Positions 1-10,076 of a DNA stretch of 64,000 nucleotides are shown here, one piece after another. The position numbers were made by a program, and so were the translations under genes. Origin of the DNA: an uncultured Flavobacteriales bacterium (GTDB lineage: Bacteria; Bacteroidota; Bacteroidia; Flavobacteriales_D; CAJJDF01). Location: the NCBI GenBank assembly GCA_964021785.1, contig CAXIAX010000004.1, forward strand, positions 1,460 through 65,459, given 5' to 3'. Under the pieces are notes generated by a model. That model was not told the DNA's origin. It was given only the letters and a program-made list of their open reading frames with translations, and searched no databases. Positions within the stretch are counted from its first letter, which is position 1; every line of letters starts with the position of its first letter.

Positions 1-958
1 CATTACTTCTAGGGTTAGTAATCCAATCTCTTAATCTATCAGGATTGGGCTGATAAAAATCGGTAATGATTGAATACACTCTCCAGCAATCTGTTTTTTC
101 ATTCTCTGGGGTACTATTCAATATAATACGAATTGCAAACAAATCGTATATCTCTTCAAAAGCTACTTTCTTCTGTGTAATCTTATTAAAAATAGAATAA
201 ACTGATTTTGGTCTTCCTTTTATAGTAAAGTCCAACCCTGTTTTTGTCAATTCTCTTTTCAATGGAGAAATAAACTGAGAAATAAAACGCGATCTTATTT
301 CTTGAGACTTTTTAAGTTTCGTGTTAATCTCGGCATACATATCAGGCTCTTTAAACTTCAAAGACAAATCTTCCAATTCTGTTTTTACCGCATTTAACCC
401 CAATCTGTGAGCAAGTGGAGCGTACAAGAACAAAGTTTCTGCAGCAATTTTTAGCTGTTTGTCTTTTCTCATAGATCCCAATGTTCGCATATTATGCAAC
501 CTATCGGCAAGTTTTATAAAGATAACCCTCACATCATCTGGCAGAGTAAGAATCATTTTCCTAAAATTCTCGGCTTGGTCAGAGGTTGTAAAATCTATGG
601 CACCAGAAATCTTGGTTAATCCATCAATTATTCTTTTTACTTTTTTTCCAAATAATCTTTCTATATCCTCTAGTGTAGTATCTGTATCCTCTACGGTATC
701 ATGCAACAAAGCACAAACTATAGAAGTAGCTCCAAGTCCTATTTCTTCTGTACAAATTCGAGCTACAGCAATTGGATGTGTAATATAAGGTTCTCCCGAT
801 TTTCTACGCATACTCATGTGAGCCTCCGTAGCAAAATTAAATGCCTTCCTTATAAATGCTGTATCCTCTGGTGTTGTTCTGAATTTTTTTGAGGCTCTTA
901 ATAACCCTCTATAATCTCTTAAAATTATTTTTTTATCGTTTTCCGAGTAATCTTTCAT
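1..958 (-). CDS. RelA/SpoT-family (RSH) (p)ppGpp synthetase/hydrolase, N-terminal part; the gene runs off the left edge
   Basis: Absent from the ORF track because no stop lies in the window. Reverse translation from the ATG at 958-956 gives MKDYSENDKKIILRDYRGLLRASKKF..GEPYITHPIAVARI..ALLHDTVEDT (HD hydrolase motif) and stays open to base 1. Confidence 0.9.
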   Translation of the reverse strand, partial: MKDYSENDKKIILRDYRGLLRASKKFRTTPEDTAFIRKAFNFATEAHMSMRRKSGEPYITHPIAVARICTEEIGLGATSIVCALLHDTVEDTDTTLEDIERLFGKKVKRIIDGLTKISGAIDFTTSDQAENFRKMILTLPDDVRVIFIKLADRLHNMRTLGSMRKDKQLKIAAETLFLYAPLAHRLGLNAVKTELEDLSLKFKEPDMYAEINTKLKKSQEIRSRFISQFISPLKRELTKTGLDFTIKGRPKSVYSIFNKITQKKVAFEEIYDLFAIRIILNSTPENEKTDCWRVYSIITDFYQPNPDRLRDWITNPRSN

Positions 959-1019
959 CTGTTAATTTTAATTTCATTATGAATATAAAAAACTTATTAA
1001 AAAAATCCTCTAAAACTCT

Positions 1020-1027
1020 TATATTTG
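1020..1027 (+). promoter_or_regulatory. Bacteroidota -7 promoter box (TAtaTTTG) upstream of pyrD
   Basis: Exact TAnnTTTG match 30 nt upstream of the ATG at 1057. Confidence 0.5.
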
Positions 1028-1056
1028 TAGCATAATTCAACCGATTTTTCAAATTT

Positions 1057-2094
1057 ATGTACAAACTATTAGTAAGACCCTTTTTATTTCTTTTTGATCC
1101 AGAAAAAATTCACCATTTCACATTCAATTCAATTCGAAATATTTTTAAAATTCCTGGAATAAAATCAATTGCAAAATCTATCCATACTTTGGATGATCCA
1201 AAATTAGAAAAGGAATTATTTGGATTAAAATTTAAAAATCCTGTTGGGTTAGCTGCTGGTTTTGATAAAGATGCCAAACTTTTTAATGAGCTTTCTGCTT
1301 TTGGATTTGGATTTATAGAAATAGGAACCCTTACTCCACTTGCTCAAGACGGAAACCCTAAAAAAAGAATGTTTAGATTACCAGAAGATTCTGGATTAAT
1401 AAACAGAATGGGGTTTAATAACGGAGGAGTAAAAGAAGCTGCAGAGCGATTAAAAAAGAACAACTCTGGAGTAATTATTGGAGGAAATATTGGAAAGAAT
1501 AAATTAACTCCCAATGAAAATGCTGTAGATGATTATGTGATTTGCTTCAATGAATTGCATGCTCATGTAGATTATTTTGTGGTAAATGTAAGTTCTCCAA
1601 ACACACCAAATTTAAGAGCGCTACAGGACAAAAAACCTTTGACAGAAATCCTTAACAAACTGATGGAATTGAACAAGGAAAAACCTACTCAAAAACCTAT
1701 TTTATTAAAAATTGCACCAGACTTAACGGATTCACAATTGGATGATATTATTGATATTGTGGCCGATACAAAAATTGATGGAATTATCTCATCCAATACC
1801 ACTATCGCAAGAGATAACTTGAATACGAATAACGCAAGACTAGAAGAAATAGGAAATGGAGGACTAAGTGGAAAACCACTAACCAAAAGATCTACAGAAG
1901 TAATTAGATACCTTTCAGAAAAATCGAACAAAGCTTTTCCTATCATTGGCGTGGGAGGAATTCACTCTGCAGAAGATGCGCTAGAGAAAATTGAAGCTGG
2001 AGCAGATTTAGTACAAATTTATACTGGATTCATTTATGAAGGACCCTCTTTAATTAAGAGAATTAATAAGGAAATATTAAGAAGGAAAAAATAA
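1057..2094 (+). CDS. pyrD: Dihydroorotate dehydrogenase (quinone), class 2
   Basis: 345 aa. N-terminal membrane-associated helix, [31 protein letters not shown] and GVGGI motifs typical of PyrD. Confidence 0.93.
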   Translation: MYKLLVRPFLFLFDPEKIHHFTFNSIRNIFKIPGIKSIAKSIHTLDDPKLEKELFGLKFKNPVGLAAGFDKDAKLFNELSAFGFGFIEIGTLTPLAQDGNPKKRMFRLPEDSGLINRMGFNNGGVKEAAERLKKNNSGVIIGGNIGKNKLTPNENAVDDYVICFNELHAHVDYFVVNVSSPNTPNLRALQDKKPLTEILNKLMELNKEKPTQKPILLKIAPDLTDSQLDDIIDIVADTKIDGIISSNTTIARDNLNTNNARLEEIGNGGLSGKPLTKRSTEVIRYLSEKSNKAFPIIGVGGIHSAEDALEKIEAGADLVQIYTGFIYEGPSLIKRINKEILRRKK

Positions 2095-2200
2095 GAATTG
2101 AATACAATTCAACTCCATTCTTTGTAACTTTATTTATGCAAAAAAGCAAAGATCAAAACGAGCTTTTTAAAATTATCTGTTACCTACAAATATTAACACA

Positions 2201-3073
2201 ATGAAGAAAAGAGAAATAAAAATAATAGAATGCCCTCGTGATGCAATGCAAGGAATTCATGATTATATTCCTACTCAACTTAAGGCAGATTATATCAATA
2301 CCTTATTAAAAGTTGGTTTTGACACGATAGATTTTGGAAGTTTTGTTTCTCCAAAAGCTATTCCACAGCTAAAAGATACGGCAGAAGTATTGAGTAAATT
2401 GGATTTAGAAAACACTAATTCTAAGCTACTAGCAATTGTTGCCAATAAAAGAGGAGCTGTAGATGCCTGTCAGTTTGAAGAAATCAATTATTTAGGATTT
2501 CCTTTTTCTGTATCGGAGACATTTCAACAAAGAAATGCTAACTCTAGCATTGAAGAATCTTTATCACGAGTGGAAGAAATTCAAAATTTGTGTGTGAAAA
2601 ACAACAAAGAACTTGTGGTGTATTTATCTATGGCATTTGGGAATCCTTATGGAGACAAATGGAATGAAGACATTGTAGCTCAATGGGCAGAAAAATTACA
2701 TACCAAACTTGATATAAATATTTTAGCTTTATCCGATACAATAGGAACATCAAATAAAGAAAACATTACTTCTTTGTTTTCTACATTAATTCCCGAATTT
2801 GAAAAAGTAGAATTTGGAGCACACCTACACACCACTCCAGAAACTTGGGAAGAAAAGATAGTCGCCAGTATAGAAAGTGGTTGTAATCGATTTGATGGAG
2901 CCATAAAAGGCTATGGAGGTTGTCCTATGGCTGCAGATGAATTGACAGGGAACATGCCAACAGAAAAAATGCTTTCTTATTTTGAAGAGCAGAAGTTCGA
3001 AACTGGGCTCAATCAGGGTGAATTCTTAAATTCTATGAAAAAATCTAGTAAAATATTCGATTCGTTTCATTAA
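2201..3073 (+). CDS. Hydroxymethylglutaryl-CoA lyase-like (HMGL family)
   Basis: 290 aa. ECPRDAMQG near the N-terminus, LSDTIG and GAHLH motifs of the DRE-TIM HMGL-like family. Confidence 0.8.
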   Translation: MKKREIKIIECPRDAMQGIHDYIPTQLKADYINTLLKVGFDTIDFGSFVSPKAIPQLKDTAEVLSKLDLENTNSKLLAIVANKRGAVDACQFEEINYLGFPFSVSETFQQRNANSSIEESLSRVEEIQNLCVKNNKELVVYLSMAFGNPYGDKWNEDIVAQWAEKLHTKLDINILALSDTIGTSNKENITSLFSTLIPEFEKVEFGAHLHTTPETWEEKIVASIESGCNRFDGAIKGYGGCPMAADELTGNMPTEKMLSYFEEQKFETGLNQGEFLNSMKKSSKIFDSFH

Positions 3074-3161
3074 AATCACTATTTTTGTAGAAAATATGCA
3101 AAGATAGTTTTGATAGTAAGAAAAAAAGCGTTTTCTTTGCAGTCTCAAAAAATAACAGAAG

Positions 3162-3404
3162 ATGTCAAAAGTTTGTCAAATAACAGGAAAAAAAGTACAG
3201 TCAGGTAATAACGTTTCATTCTCATTGAGAAGAACAAGAAGAAAATTTTACCCAAATTTAGTAACTAAGAATTTTCACTTACCAAGTGAAGACAGAACGA
3301 TTAAATTAAAAGTTTGTACTAGAGCTTTAAGAACTATCGATAAGAATGGAATTGAAGCTGTGATCAAAGAATCAAAAGCAAAAGGATTGTACACAGGAGC
3401 GTAA
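3162..3404 (+). CDS. rpmB: 50S ribosomal protein L28
   Basis: 80 aa, [24 protein letters not shown] pattern. Confidence 0.95.
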   Translation: MSKVCQITGKKVQSGNNVSFSLRRTRRKFYPNLVTKNFHLPSEDRTIKLKVCTRALRTIDKNGIEAVIKESKAKGLYTGA

Positions 3405-3427
3405 GCATTTGTGTAACCATATTGGAA

Positions 3428-3461
3428 AGCGTCTCGGACTATGTTCGGGACGCTTTTTTTT
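3428..3461 (+). terminator. Rho-independent terminator after rpmB
   Basis: agcgtc..gacgct stem followed by a run of 8-9 T. Confidence 0.7.
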
Positions 3462-3541
3462 GTGCCATATATTTTGGCTCTATTATTGAAATACCGAATA
3501 ATAAATAAAAATCGTAATTTTATCTAACTAGAATTAAATCT

Positions 3542-4960
3542 ATGAACAAGAACTTACTCCTATTGCTCCCAAGCGTACTATTTTGTTTTACTCAATCTTT
3601 ATCGCAAGAGAAAGAATTAACGATAGAGAACAAAATGATTACTCCTCATGAAATTGGAATCTTTGATACCGATTTATTAACTCCTCAGTTTCACAAAGAA
3701 CGTAGAGATGAATTAAGGAAACTAATGCCCGACAATTCTATGGCAATTCTTTACTCCTCTCCTATTCGTAATCGATCAAATGATATAGACTATGAATACC
3801 ACCAAGATCCTAACTTCTATTACCTAACAGGACTTAACGAACCTCATTCTGCCATAATCATTTTTAAAGAAAAAAGAGAAATTGAAGGAGTAATGACGAA
3901 TGAAATTATTTTTGTTCAACCAAGAAAAGCGTCTAGCGAATTGTGGTTAGGAAAAAGAATGGGGGTAGATGGAGTGAAGCAATTCCTAAAAATTGAGACT
4001 GTAAAAGCAAATAATGAATTAGAAAATTGGGATTTAACTGCAACCAAGAAAACCCAAGTCTTTTTTATTTCTGATCAAAACGACACAAGAGATACACGAA
4101 GTAATTCTGATTTATTTGACTTAAAACTATTGTTAAAATCAAAAACAGGAGAATATGAGCAAGAGTTCTTTAAGTTAAACAAATGGATGGCTAAATTGCG
4201 CGAAATCAAAACCCAAGAGGAATTAGTATTGATGAGAAAAGCAATAGATATTACTTGTAAATCACAGATTGAGTTGATGAAAAAACTGAATCCTAAAATG
4301 GCTGAATACCAAACAGAAGCTTTGGTAGAATTTCATTTTAAAAATGAAGGAGCTGAGCATGCTGGCTTTCCTTCCATCCACGGAAGTGGAGGAAATTCTT
4401 GCATTCTACACTATGTAAGTAACAGAAGAATGTTTGAACAAAACGACCTGCTGGTAAGTGATATTGGTGCCGAATATCATGGATATACTGCAGATGTAAC
4501 GCGTACTTTACCCGTAAATGGAAAATACAGCAAAGAACAAGCTATTATTTACAACATTGTATTGGAGGCACAAACGGCAGGAATTGATGCTTGTTTAGAA
4601 GGAAATAGTTTTTGGAAACCAGGACAAATTGCAAATGAAATTATAACCAAACGATTGCTAGAGTTAGGAATCATTAAAAAAGCTAACGAAGTAAAAAAAT
4701 ATTTTCCACACGGAACTTCGCATTATTTGGGATTGGATGTACACGATATGGGAACATACAATTCGCTTAAAGCAAATCAAGTGATAACGGTAGAACCAGG
4801 AATTTACATTCCAGAAGGAGCCGATTGTGATGAAAAATGGTGGAACATTGGAGTAAGAATAGAGGATGATATCTTAATTACTTCGGGGCAGCCAGAAAAT
4901 CTATCTGATTGCATACCAAGAAGCATAAAAGAGATTGAAAAAATAATGACCCAGGACTAG
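3542..4960 (+). CDS. pepP: Xaa-Pro aminopeptidase (peptidase M24B), secreted
   Basis: 472 aa. Signal peptide, AMP_N-like N-domain (YHQDPNFYYLTG), and the M24 metal-ligand context D..D..HGTSHYLGLDVHD..EPG..IRIEDD. Confidence 0.85.
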   Translation: MNKNLLLLLPSVLFCFTQSLSQEKELTIENKMITPHEIGIFDTDLLTPQFHKERRDELRKLMPDNSMAILYSSPIRNRSNDIDYEYHQDPNFYYLTGLNEPHSAIIIFKEKREIEGVMTNEIIFVQPRKASSELWLGKRMGVDGVKQFLKIETVKANNELENWDLTATKKTQVFFISDQNDTRDTRSNSDLFDLKLLLKSKTGEYEQEFFKLNKWMAKLREIKTQEELVLMRKAIDITCKSQIELMKKLNPKMAEYQTEALVEFHFKNEGAEHAGFPSIHGSGGNSCILHYVSNRRMFEQNDLLVSDIGAEYHGYTADVTRTLPVNGKYSKEQAIIYNIVLEAQTAGIDACLEGNSFWKPGQIANEIITKRLLELGIIKKANEVKKYFPHGTSHYLGLDVHDMGTYNSLKANQVITVEPGIYIPEGADCDEKWWNIGVRIEDDILITSGQPENLSDCIPRSIKEIEKIMTQD

Positions 4961-5040
4961 GAATTAATAATTCATTAATCTTTAGGTAAAGCCTTTATGG
5001 TAGTTGTTTATGTAATATTATATAAACAATTATATAACCT

Positions 5041-6381
5041 ATGGCACTAAAGAAAAAATCAAAAATATTTGTTCTAGACACTTCAGTAATTTTATTTGAT
5101 CATAACGCAATTTTCGCTTTTGATGAGCATGATGTTGCTATACCAATTTCTGTTTTGGAAGAATTAGATAACTTAAAAAAAGGTAGCGAAAACAAAAATT
5201 ATGAAGCAAGACAGTTCATACGAACGTTAGACAAAATAGCTGAGAACAAAGATTTGAGTAAATGGATATTACTCACCAATAAGAAAAAGGGAAAAATAAG
5301 CGTGGTCTTTAACAGCAATGGATTAAAGAAAAGTGCAGTAAAAATATTTAATGAAGACACCAAAGACAACCGTATTCTGGACACTGCATTATACCTAAAT
5401 GAACAAAACCCTAACCAACAAGTAGTATTTGTAACCAAGGATATAAACTTAAGACTGAAAGCCAAAAGCCTTCAATTAATTGCTGAGAATTTTGAGTTTG
5501 GGAACATAAAAAATGTAGACCAACTACCTACTGGAGTTATTACATATTCGGATATGGAAAACGATTGTATAGCAGAGCTACACAAAGATGGAGTACTTAA
5601 AGTAGATAAAAAAAAGCATAAATTTATTAATCCAGAAAACAATTACTACATCCTTAAATCTGCCAAAGGAAACAGTGCTTTGGCCTATTACAATGCATTT
5701 AACAATACGCTAGAAAACATTCAAAAAACGACAAGTTTTGGAGTGTCTTCACGCAATGCAGAACAAACATTTGCCATGCATGCCTTGATGAATGAAGACA
5801 AAAAACTAGTTTGCTTGCAAGGAGTAGCAGGAACAGGAAAAACCTTACTTGCACTCTCCTGTGCTATGGAAATGCGCAAAGAATACAAACAAATATTCTT
5901 AGCAAGACCTATTGTTGCACTTGGAAACAAAGATCTTGGGTTCTTACCAGGAGATATTAGCAGTAAATTGGATCCATACATGCAACCGTTATGGGATAAT
6001 CTTAAGTTCATTCAAAATCAATTTTCTGACAGAAGTAAAGAATATAAACTCATAAACCAGATGATAGAATTAGAGAAACTAACAATTTCTGCACTTTCAT
6101 ACATTAGAGGAAGAAGCTTGAGCAATATTATTTTTATAGTGGACGAAGCACAAAACCTAACTCCACACGAAATAAAAACGATAATTACCAGAGCGGGAGA
6201 AGGAGCTAAATTTGTGTTTACAGGAGATGTAAAGCAGATAGATACACCCTATTTAGATGAGAAATCTAATGGATTAGCTTATGTAATAGATAAGTTTAGA
6301 GGAGAAAAGATTTTCAGTCATATTCAATTAGTTAAAGGAGAAAGAAGTACCTTAGCAAACATTGCAAATAGACTACTTTAA
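5041..6381 (+). CDS. PIN-domain + PhoH-like ATPase fusion (PhoH2/YlaK type)
   Basis: 446 aa. N-terminal PIN (FVLDTSVIL, DNRILDTA, TKDINLRLKA) and C-terminal PhoH P-loop (GVAGTGKT, IVDEAQN, GD..Q.D). Confidence 0.88.
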   Translation: MALKKKSKIFVLDTSVILFDHNAIFAFDEHDVAIPISVLEELDNLKKGSENKNYEARQFIRTLDKIAENKDLSKWILLTNKKKGKISVVFNSNGLKKSAVKIFNEDTKDNRILDTALYLNEQNPNQQVVFVTKDINLRLKAKSLQLIAENFEFGNIKNVDQLPTGVITYSDMENDCIAELHKDGVLKVDKKKHKFINPENNYYILKSAKGNSALAYYNAFNNTLENIQKTTSFGVSSRNAEQTFAMHALMNEDKKLVCLQGVAGTGKTLLALSCAMEMRKEYKQIFLARPIVALGNKDLGFLPGDISSKLDPYMQPLWDNLKFIQNQFSDRSKEYKLINQMIELEKLTISALSYIRGRSLSNIIFIVDEAQNLTPHEIKTIITRAGEGAKFVFTGDVKQIDTPYLDEKSNGLAYVIDKFRGEKIFSHIQLVKGERSTLANIANRLL

Positions 6382-6443
6382 AAAAAACTGAATATTTAAA
6401 GGAAAATTTCCTCAATAATGTTTGAAAGTAAATTAATAGTTTC

Positions 6444-6451
6444 TATATTTG
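6444..6451 (+). promoter_or_regulatory. Bacteroidota -7 promoter box (TAtaTTTG) for rpmG
   Basis: Exact TAnnTTTG match 23 nt upstream of the ATG at 6474. Confidence 0.55.
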
Positions 6452-6473
6452 CACTCTTGAAATTAAAAGGAAA

Positions 6474-6659
6474 ATGGCAAAGACTAAAGGAAATAGAATA
6501 CAAGTAATCTTAGAATGTACAGAACATAAAGCGACTGGTGTGCCAGGAACTTCTAGATACATTACGACTAAGAACAGAAAAAACACTCCAGAAAGAATGG
6601 AAGTGAAAAAGTATAACAGAATTTTGAGAAAGCACACAATTCACAAAGAAATAAAATAA
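6474..6659 (+). CDS. rpmG: 50S ribosomal protein L33
   Basis: 61 aa, [19 protein letters not shown]...[17 protein letters not shown] pattern. Confidence 0.95.
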   Translation: MAKTKGNRIQVILECTEHKATGVPGTSRYITTKNRKNTPERMEVKKYNRILRKHTIHKEIK

Positions 6660-6665
6660 TAAGAC

Positions 6666-6818
6666 ATGGCTAAGAAAGTAGTAGCGTCCTTGCAAAAAGG
6701 AGGAGGAAAAATGCATACAAAAGTAATTAAGGCGGTAAAATCTCCAAAAACAGGAGCTTACCAATTTAAAGAAGCGATTGTATTAAACGATAAAGTAAAA
6801 GAATTTTTTAGTAAATAA
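6666..6818 (+). CDS. DUF4295-family small protein, the conserved partner of rpmB/rpmG in Bacteroidota
   Basis: Below the ORF-track cutoff. Own translation: MAKKVVASLQKGGGKMHTKVIKAVKSPKTGAYQFKEAIVLNDKVKEFFSK (50 aa). Position directly after rpmG is typical for this family. Confidence 0.75.
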   Translation: MAKKVVASLQKGGGKMHTKVIKAVKSPKTGAYQFKEAIVLNDKVKEFFSK

Positions 6819-6887
6819 TTATTATTTACTTATAATTATATCTAGCTTCTTTCATTTTATGGAAGAAGCTTTTTCTATTTTAACACT

Positions 6888-7847
6888 ATGAGTTTATTCA
6901 AGAAGTTTTTCTCTAAAGAAAAAAAAGAAACCCTTGATAAAGGATTAGAAAAAACGAAACAATCAGTTTTTTCTAAACTATCAAGAGCAGTTGCCGGAAA
7001 GTCAACTGTAGATTCATCCGTATTGGATGAATTGGAAGAGGCTCTTATCACTTCGGATGTGGGTGTAAAAACCACAGTCAAGATAATTGAACGAATTGAA
7101 GCTAGAGTATCTAAGGATAAATACATTAACACTTCAGAATTAAACACTATTCTTCAAGAAGAGATAGCTAGTTTATTGGAAGAGAATAACTCTGTAGACC
7201 AAGTAGATTTTGATATTAAAACCACACACAAGCCTCATGTAATTATGGTGGTTGGTGTAAATGGTGTAGGTAAAACTACTACTATTGGAAAATTGGCTCA
7301 TCAATTTAAAAAAGCCGGAAAAAGTGTAGTTCTTGGAGCTGCTGATACTTTCCGTGCTGCTGCCGTAGATCAATTGATTATATGGAGCGAAAGAGTTGGT
7401 GTACCTATAGTTCAACAAGGAATGAATGCAGATCCTGCTTCGGTAGCTTTTGATACATTACAAAGTGCTGTGAAACAAAATGCTGATATAGTATTGATAG
7501 ATACAGCAGGTAGACTTCACAACAAAGTGGGCTTAATGAACGAGCTTACTAAAATAAAAAGAGTAATGGACAAGGTTGTACCAGATGCTCCTCATGAAAT
7601 TTTATTAGTTCTAGATGGTTCTACAGGTCAAAATGCAATAGAACAATGTGCCCAATTTACAGAAGCCACAGATGTAACAGCCTTAGCTCTTACTAAACTT
7701 GATGGAACTGCAAAAGGAGGTGTTGTTATAGGAATCTCTGATCAATTTAATATCCCAGTAAAATATATTGGTGTAGGTGAAGGAATGGAAGATTTACAAG
7801 TTTTCAATAAAATGGAATTTGTAGATTCATTGTTTTCTCTTAAGTAG
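6888..7847 (+). CDS. ftsY: Signal recognition particle receptor FtsY
   Basis: 319 aa. NG domain with GVNGVGKTTTIGKLA, DTAGR and TKLDGTAKGG motifs. Confidence 0.95.
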   Translation: MSLFKKFFSKEKKETLDKGLEKTKQSVFSKLSRAVAGKSTVDSSVLDELEEALITSDVGVKTTVKIIERIEARVSKDKYINTSELNTILQEEIASLLEENNSVDQVDFDIKTTHKPHVIMVVGVNGVGKTTTIGKLAHQFKKAGKSVVLGAADTFRAAAVDQLIIWSERVGVPIVQQGMNADPASVAFDTLQSAVKQNADIVLIDTAGRLHNKVGLMNELTKIKRVMDKVVPDAPHEILLVLDGSTGQNAIEQCAQFTEATDVTALALTKLDGTAKGGVVIGISDQFNIPVKYIGVGEGMEDLQVFNKMEFVDSLFSLK

Positions 7848-7999
7848 AATTCTTGTTTCAAAAGGAAGTTGACAAATTGTTATTTAATAACATGAAGTCA
7901 ATTTCTAAAAATCCACTCTAACAGTATATAATTCAAATTTTTTAGGGAGTCAACAGAACTAACATTCTATAATTCTCAATTCTAACATTCTCATAAACA

Positions 8000-9316
8000 A
8001 TGAAAGCAAAAACTCTCAAAAAAAACAAAGTAAACGTTATCACTCTTGGGTGTTCTAAAAACACGTTTGACTCTGAATTATTGATGGCACAATTACATGC
8101 CAATAAATTTGATGTTGAGCATGAATCTAACAGTGGAGATCACGAAATTGTGATTGTAAATACTTGTGGATTTATTGATAATGCAAAACAAGAATCTATT
8201 GATACTATTTTGCAATATGCTGATGCTAAAGAACAAGGATTAGTAGACAAATTGTACGTTACAGGTTGTTTATCTGAAAGATATAAAGAAAATCTAGAAG
8301 AAGAAATTCCTCAAGTTGATGCCTATTTTGGAACACAAGAGTTACCAAAAATGCTTAAAACGCTAAATGCGGATTACAAAAAAGAATTATTAGGAGAAAG
8401 AATCTTGACGACACCAAGTCATTACGCTTATTTCAAAATTGCAGAAGGATGCGACAGACCGTGTTCTTTTTGTGCAATTCCATTGATGAGAGGAAAACAC
8501 AGATCTACTCCTATTGAGCAATTGGTAAGCAATGCAAAAAGCTTAGTAGCTCAAGGTGTGAAAGAGCTAATGCTTATAGCACAAGATTTAACTTATTACG
8601 GACTCGATTTATACAAAAAAAGAGAATTGGCTGAACTATTACGTCAATTATCGGATATTGAAGGATTGGAATGGATAAGATTACACTACGCCTACCCATC
8701 TGGATTCCCTATGGATGTATTGGAAGTAATGGCAGAAAGAGATAATATTTGTAATTATTTGGACATGCCCTTACAACATGGATCTACCAAGGTATTAAAA
8801 GATATGCGTAGAGGAATTACAAGAGAAAAAACTACTGAATTGGTAAAAACAATCAGAGAGAAAGTTCCTGGAATTGCAATTCGTACTACTCTTATTGCTG
8901 GTTACCCTGGAGAAACTGAAGAAGATTTTCAGGAAATGGCTGAATGGGTAAAAGAAATGAAATTTGACAGATTGGGGATATTTGAATATTCGCATGAAGA
9001 AAATACACACGCTCACAACTCCGAGGATGATGTTCCTGAAGAAGTTAAAACTGCAAGAGCTGAAGAAATTATGGATATTCAATCTACTATTTCATATGAG
9101 CACAACCAGAATAAAGTAGGAAAAGAATTCAAAGTATTATTTGATAGAATTGAAGGAGATCATTTTATAGGAAGAACAGAATTTGATTCTCCAGAAGTAG
9201 ATAACGAAGTATGGGTTCCTATCTCTGAAGAAAACCATGTAAGAATTGGAGATTATGCTACTGTGAAAATTAACAGTGCCGATTACTTCGATTTGTTTGG
9301 AACTATCGTAAGATAA
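8000..9316 (+). CDS. rimO: Ribosomal protein S12 methylthiotransferase RimO
   Basis: 438 aa. MTTase N-domain (LGCSKN, NTCGF), radical SAM CDRPCSFC, and a C-terminal TRAM domain. Confidence 0.9.
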   Translation: MKAKTLKKNKVNVITLGCSKNTFDSELLMAQLHANKFDVEHESNSGDHEIVIVNTCGFIDNAKQESIDTILQYADAKEQGLVDKLYVTGCLSERYKENLEEEIPQVDAYFGTQELPKMLKTLNADYKKELLGERILTTPSHYAYFKIAEGCDRPCSFCAIPLMRGKHRSTPIEQLVSNAKSLVAQGVKELMLIAQDLTYYGLDLYKKRELAELLRQLSDIEGLEWIRLHYAYPSGFPMDVLEVMAERDNICNYLDMPLQHGSTKVLKDMRRGITREKTTELVKTIREKVPGIAIRTTLIAGYPGETEEDFQEMAEWVKEMKFDRLGIFEYSHEENTHAHNSEDDVPEEVKTARAEEIMDIQSTISYEHNQNKVGKEFKVLFDRIEGDHFIGRTEFDSPEVDNEVWVPISEENHVRIGDYATVKINSADYFDLFGTIVR

Positions 9317-9350
9317 ACCTTCTACCAACAATCTTTAGATAAAGTATAAA

Positions 9351-9959
9351 TTGGACTTATTCAATTCATCACCAAATCCTAATATTCTTCCTTTTGATGG
9401 GGAAGCAAATTATTATGGCCCTGTTTTGAATCAAGCGAAAGCCAAGCATTACTACGAACAGTTATTAGAAACTATTAATTGGGAAAACGACAAGGCTATT
9501 ATTTTTGGAAAACTAATTGTAACCAAAAGAAAAATTGCTTGGTACGGAAATGAACCGTATACTTATACTTATTCCAAAACTACAAAACGAGCATTACTCT
9601 GGACAACAGAATTGCTTGAACTAAAGAAAATCATAGAAGAAAAAACGGGAGAAACATTTAACTCTTGTTTACTAAATTTATACCACACTGGCGAAGAAGG
9701 AATGGCTTGGCACAGTGATGGTGAAAATGATTTGAAAAGAGATGCTGCAATTGGTTCGTTAAGTTTGGGAGCAGAACGAAAATTTGCATTTAAACACAAA
9801 GAAACCAAGCAAACGATTAATATCCTGCTAGAAAGAGGAAGTTTGTTGGTGATGAAAGGAGAAACACAATACCATTGGCTACATAGGTTACCTCCTACCA
9901 AGAAAGTAAAAGCTGCAAGAATCAACTTAACGTTTCGTACTATTGTTCCCAATAAGTAA
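9351..9959 (+). CDS. AlkB-like Fe(II)/2-oxoglutarate dioxygenase (TTG start)
   Basis: 202 aa. LNLYHTGEEGMAWHSDGE (HxD) and RINLTFR motifs. The start is TTG and there is no upstream in-frame ATG. Confidence 0.8.
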   Translation: MDLFNSSPNPNILPFDGEANYYGPVLNQAKAKHYYEQLLETINWENDKAIIFGKLIVTKRKIAWYGNEPYTYTYSKTTKRALLWTTELLELKKIIEEKTGETFNSCLLNLYHTGEEGMAWHSDGENDLKRDAAIGSLSLGAERKFAFKHKETKQTINILLERGSLLVMKGETQYHWLHRLPPTKKVKAARINLTFRTIVPNK

Positions 9960-10076
9960 AACAAGCTAGAAACAGATTGATTTACAAAATAAACAAGACA
10001 GTTGAAAGAATGAACCAGAGGATAACGAATTGATTATTTTATTTATCTTAGTTGCTACAAGATTAAAAGAGTAATA

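Noticed and set aside
459-892. Plus-strand ORFs of 109 and 63 aa at the left edge
   Set aside because: They lie antisense within the clearly recognisable RelA/SpoT HD-domain reading frame. Their low-complexity translations mark them as shadow ORFs.
2095-2115. Palindrome gaattg-aata-caattc after pyrD as a terminator
   Set aside because: It is only a 6-bp AT-rich stem with no following T tract, which is too weak to call.
5041-6381. PIN-PhoH fusion as a toxin-antitoxin or defence element
   Set aside because: There is no adjacent antitoxin-sized gene. The architecture is the widespread housekeeping-type PhoH2/YlaK, and the flanking genes are core ribosomal and peptidase genes.
9569-9964. 131-aa minus-strand ORF
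   Set aside because: It lies fully inside the AlkB-like gene on the opposite strand and has no recognisable motif.
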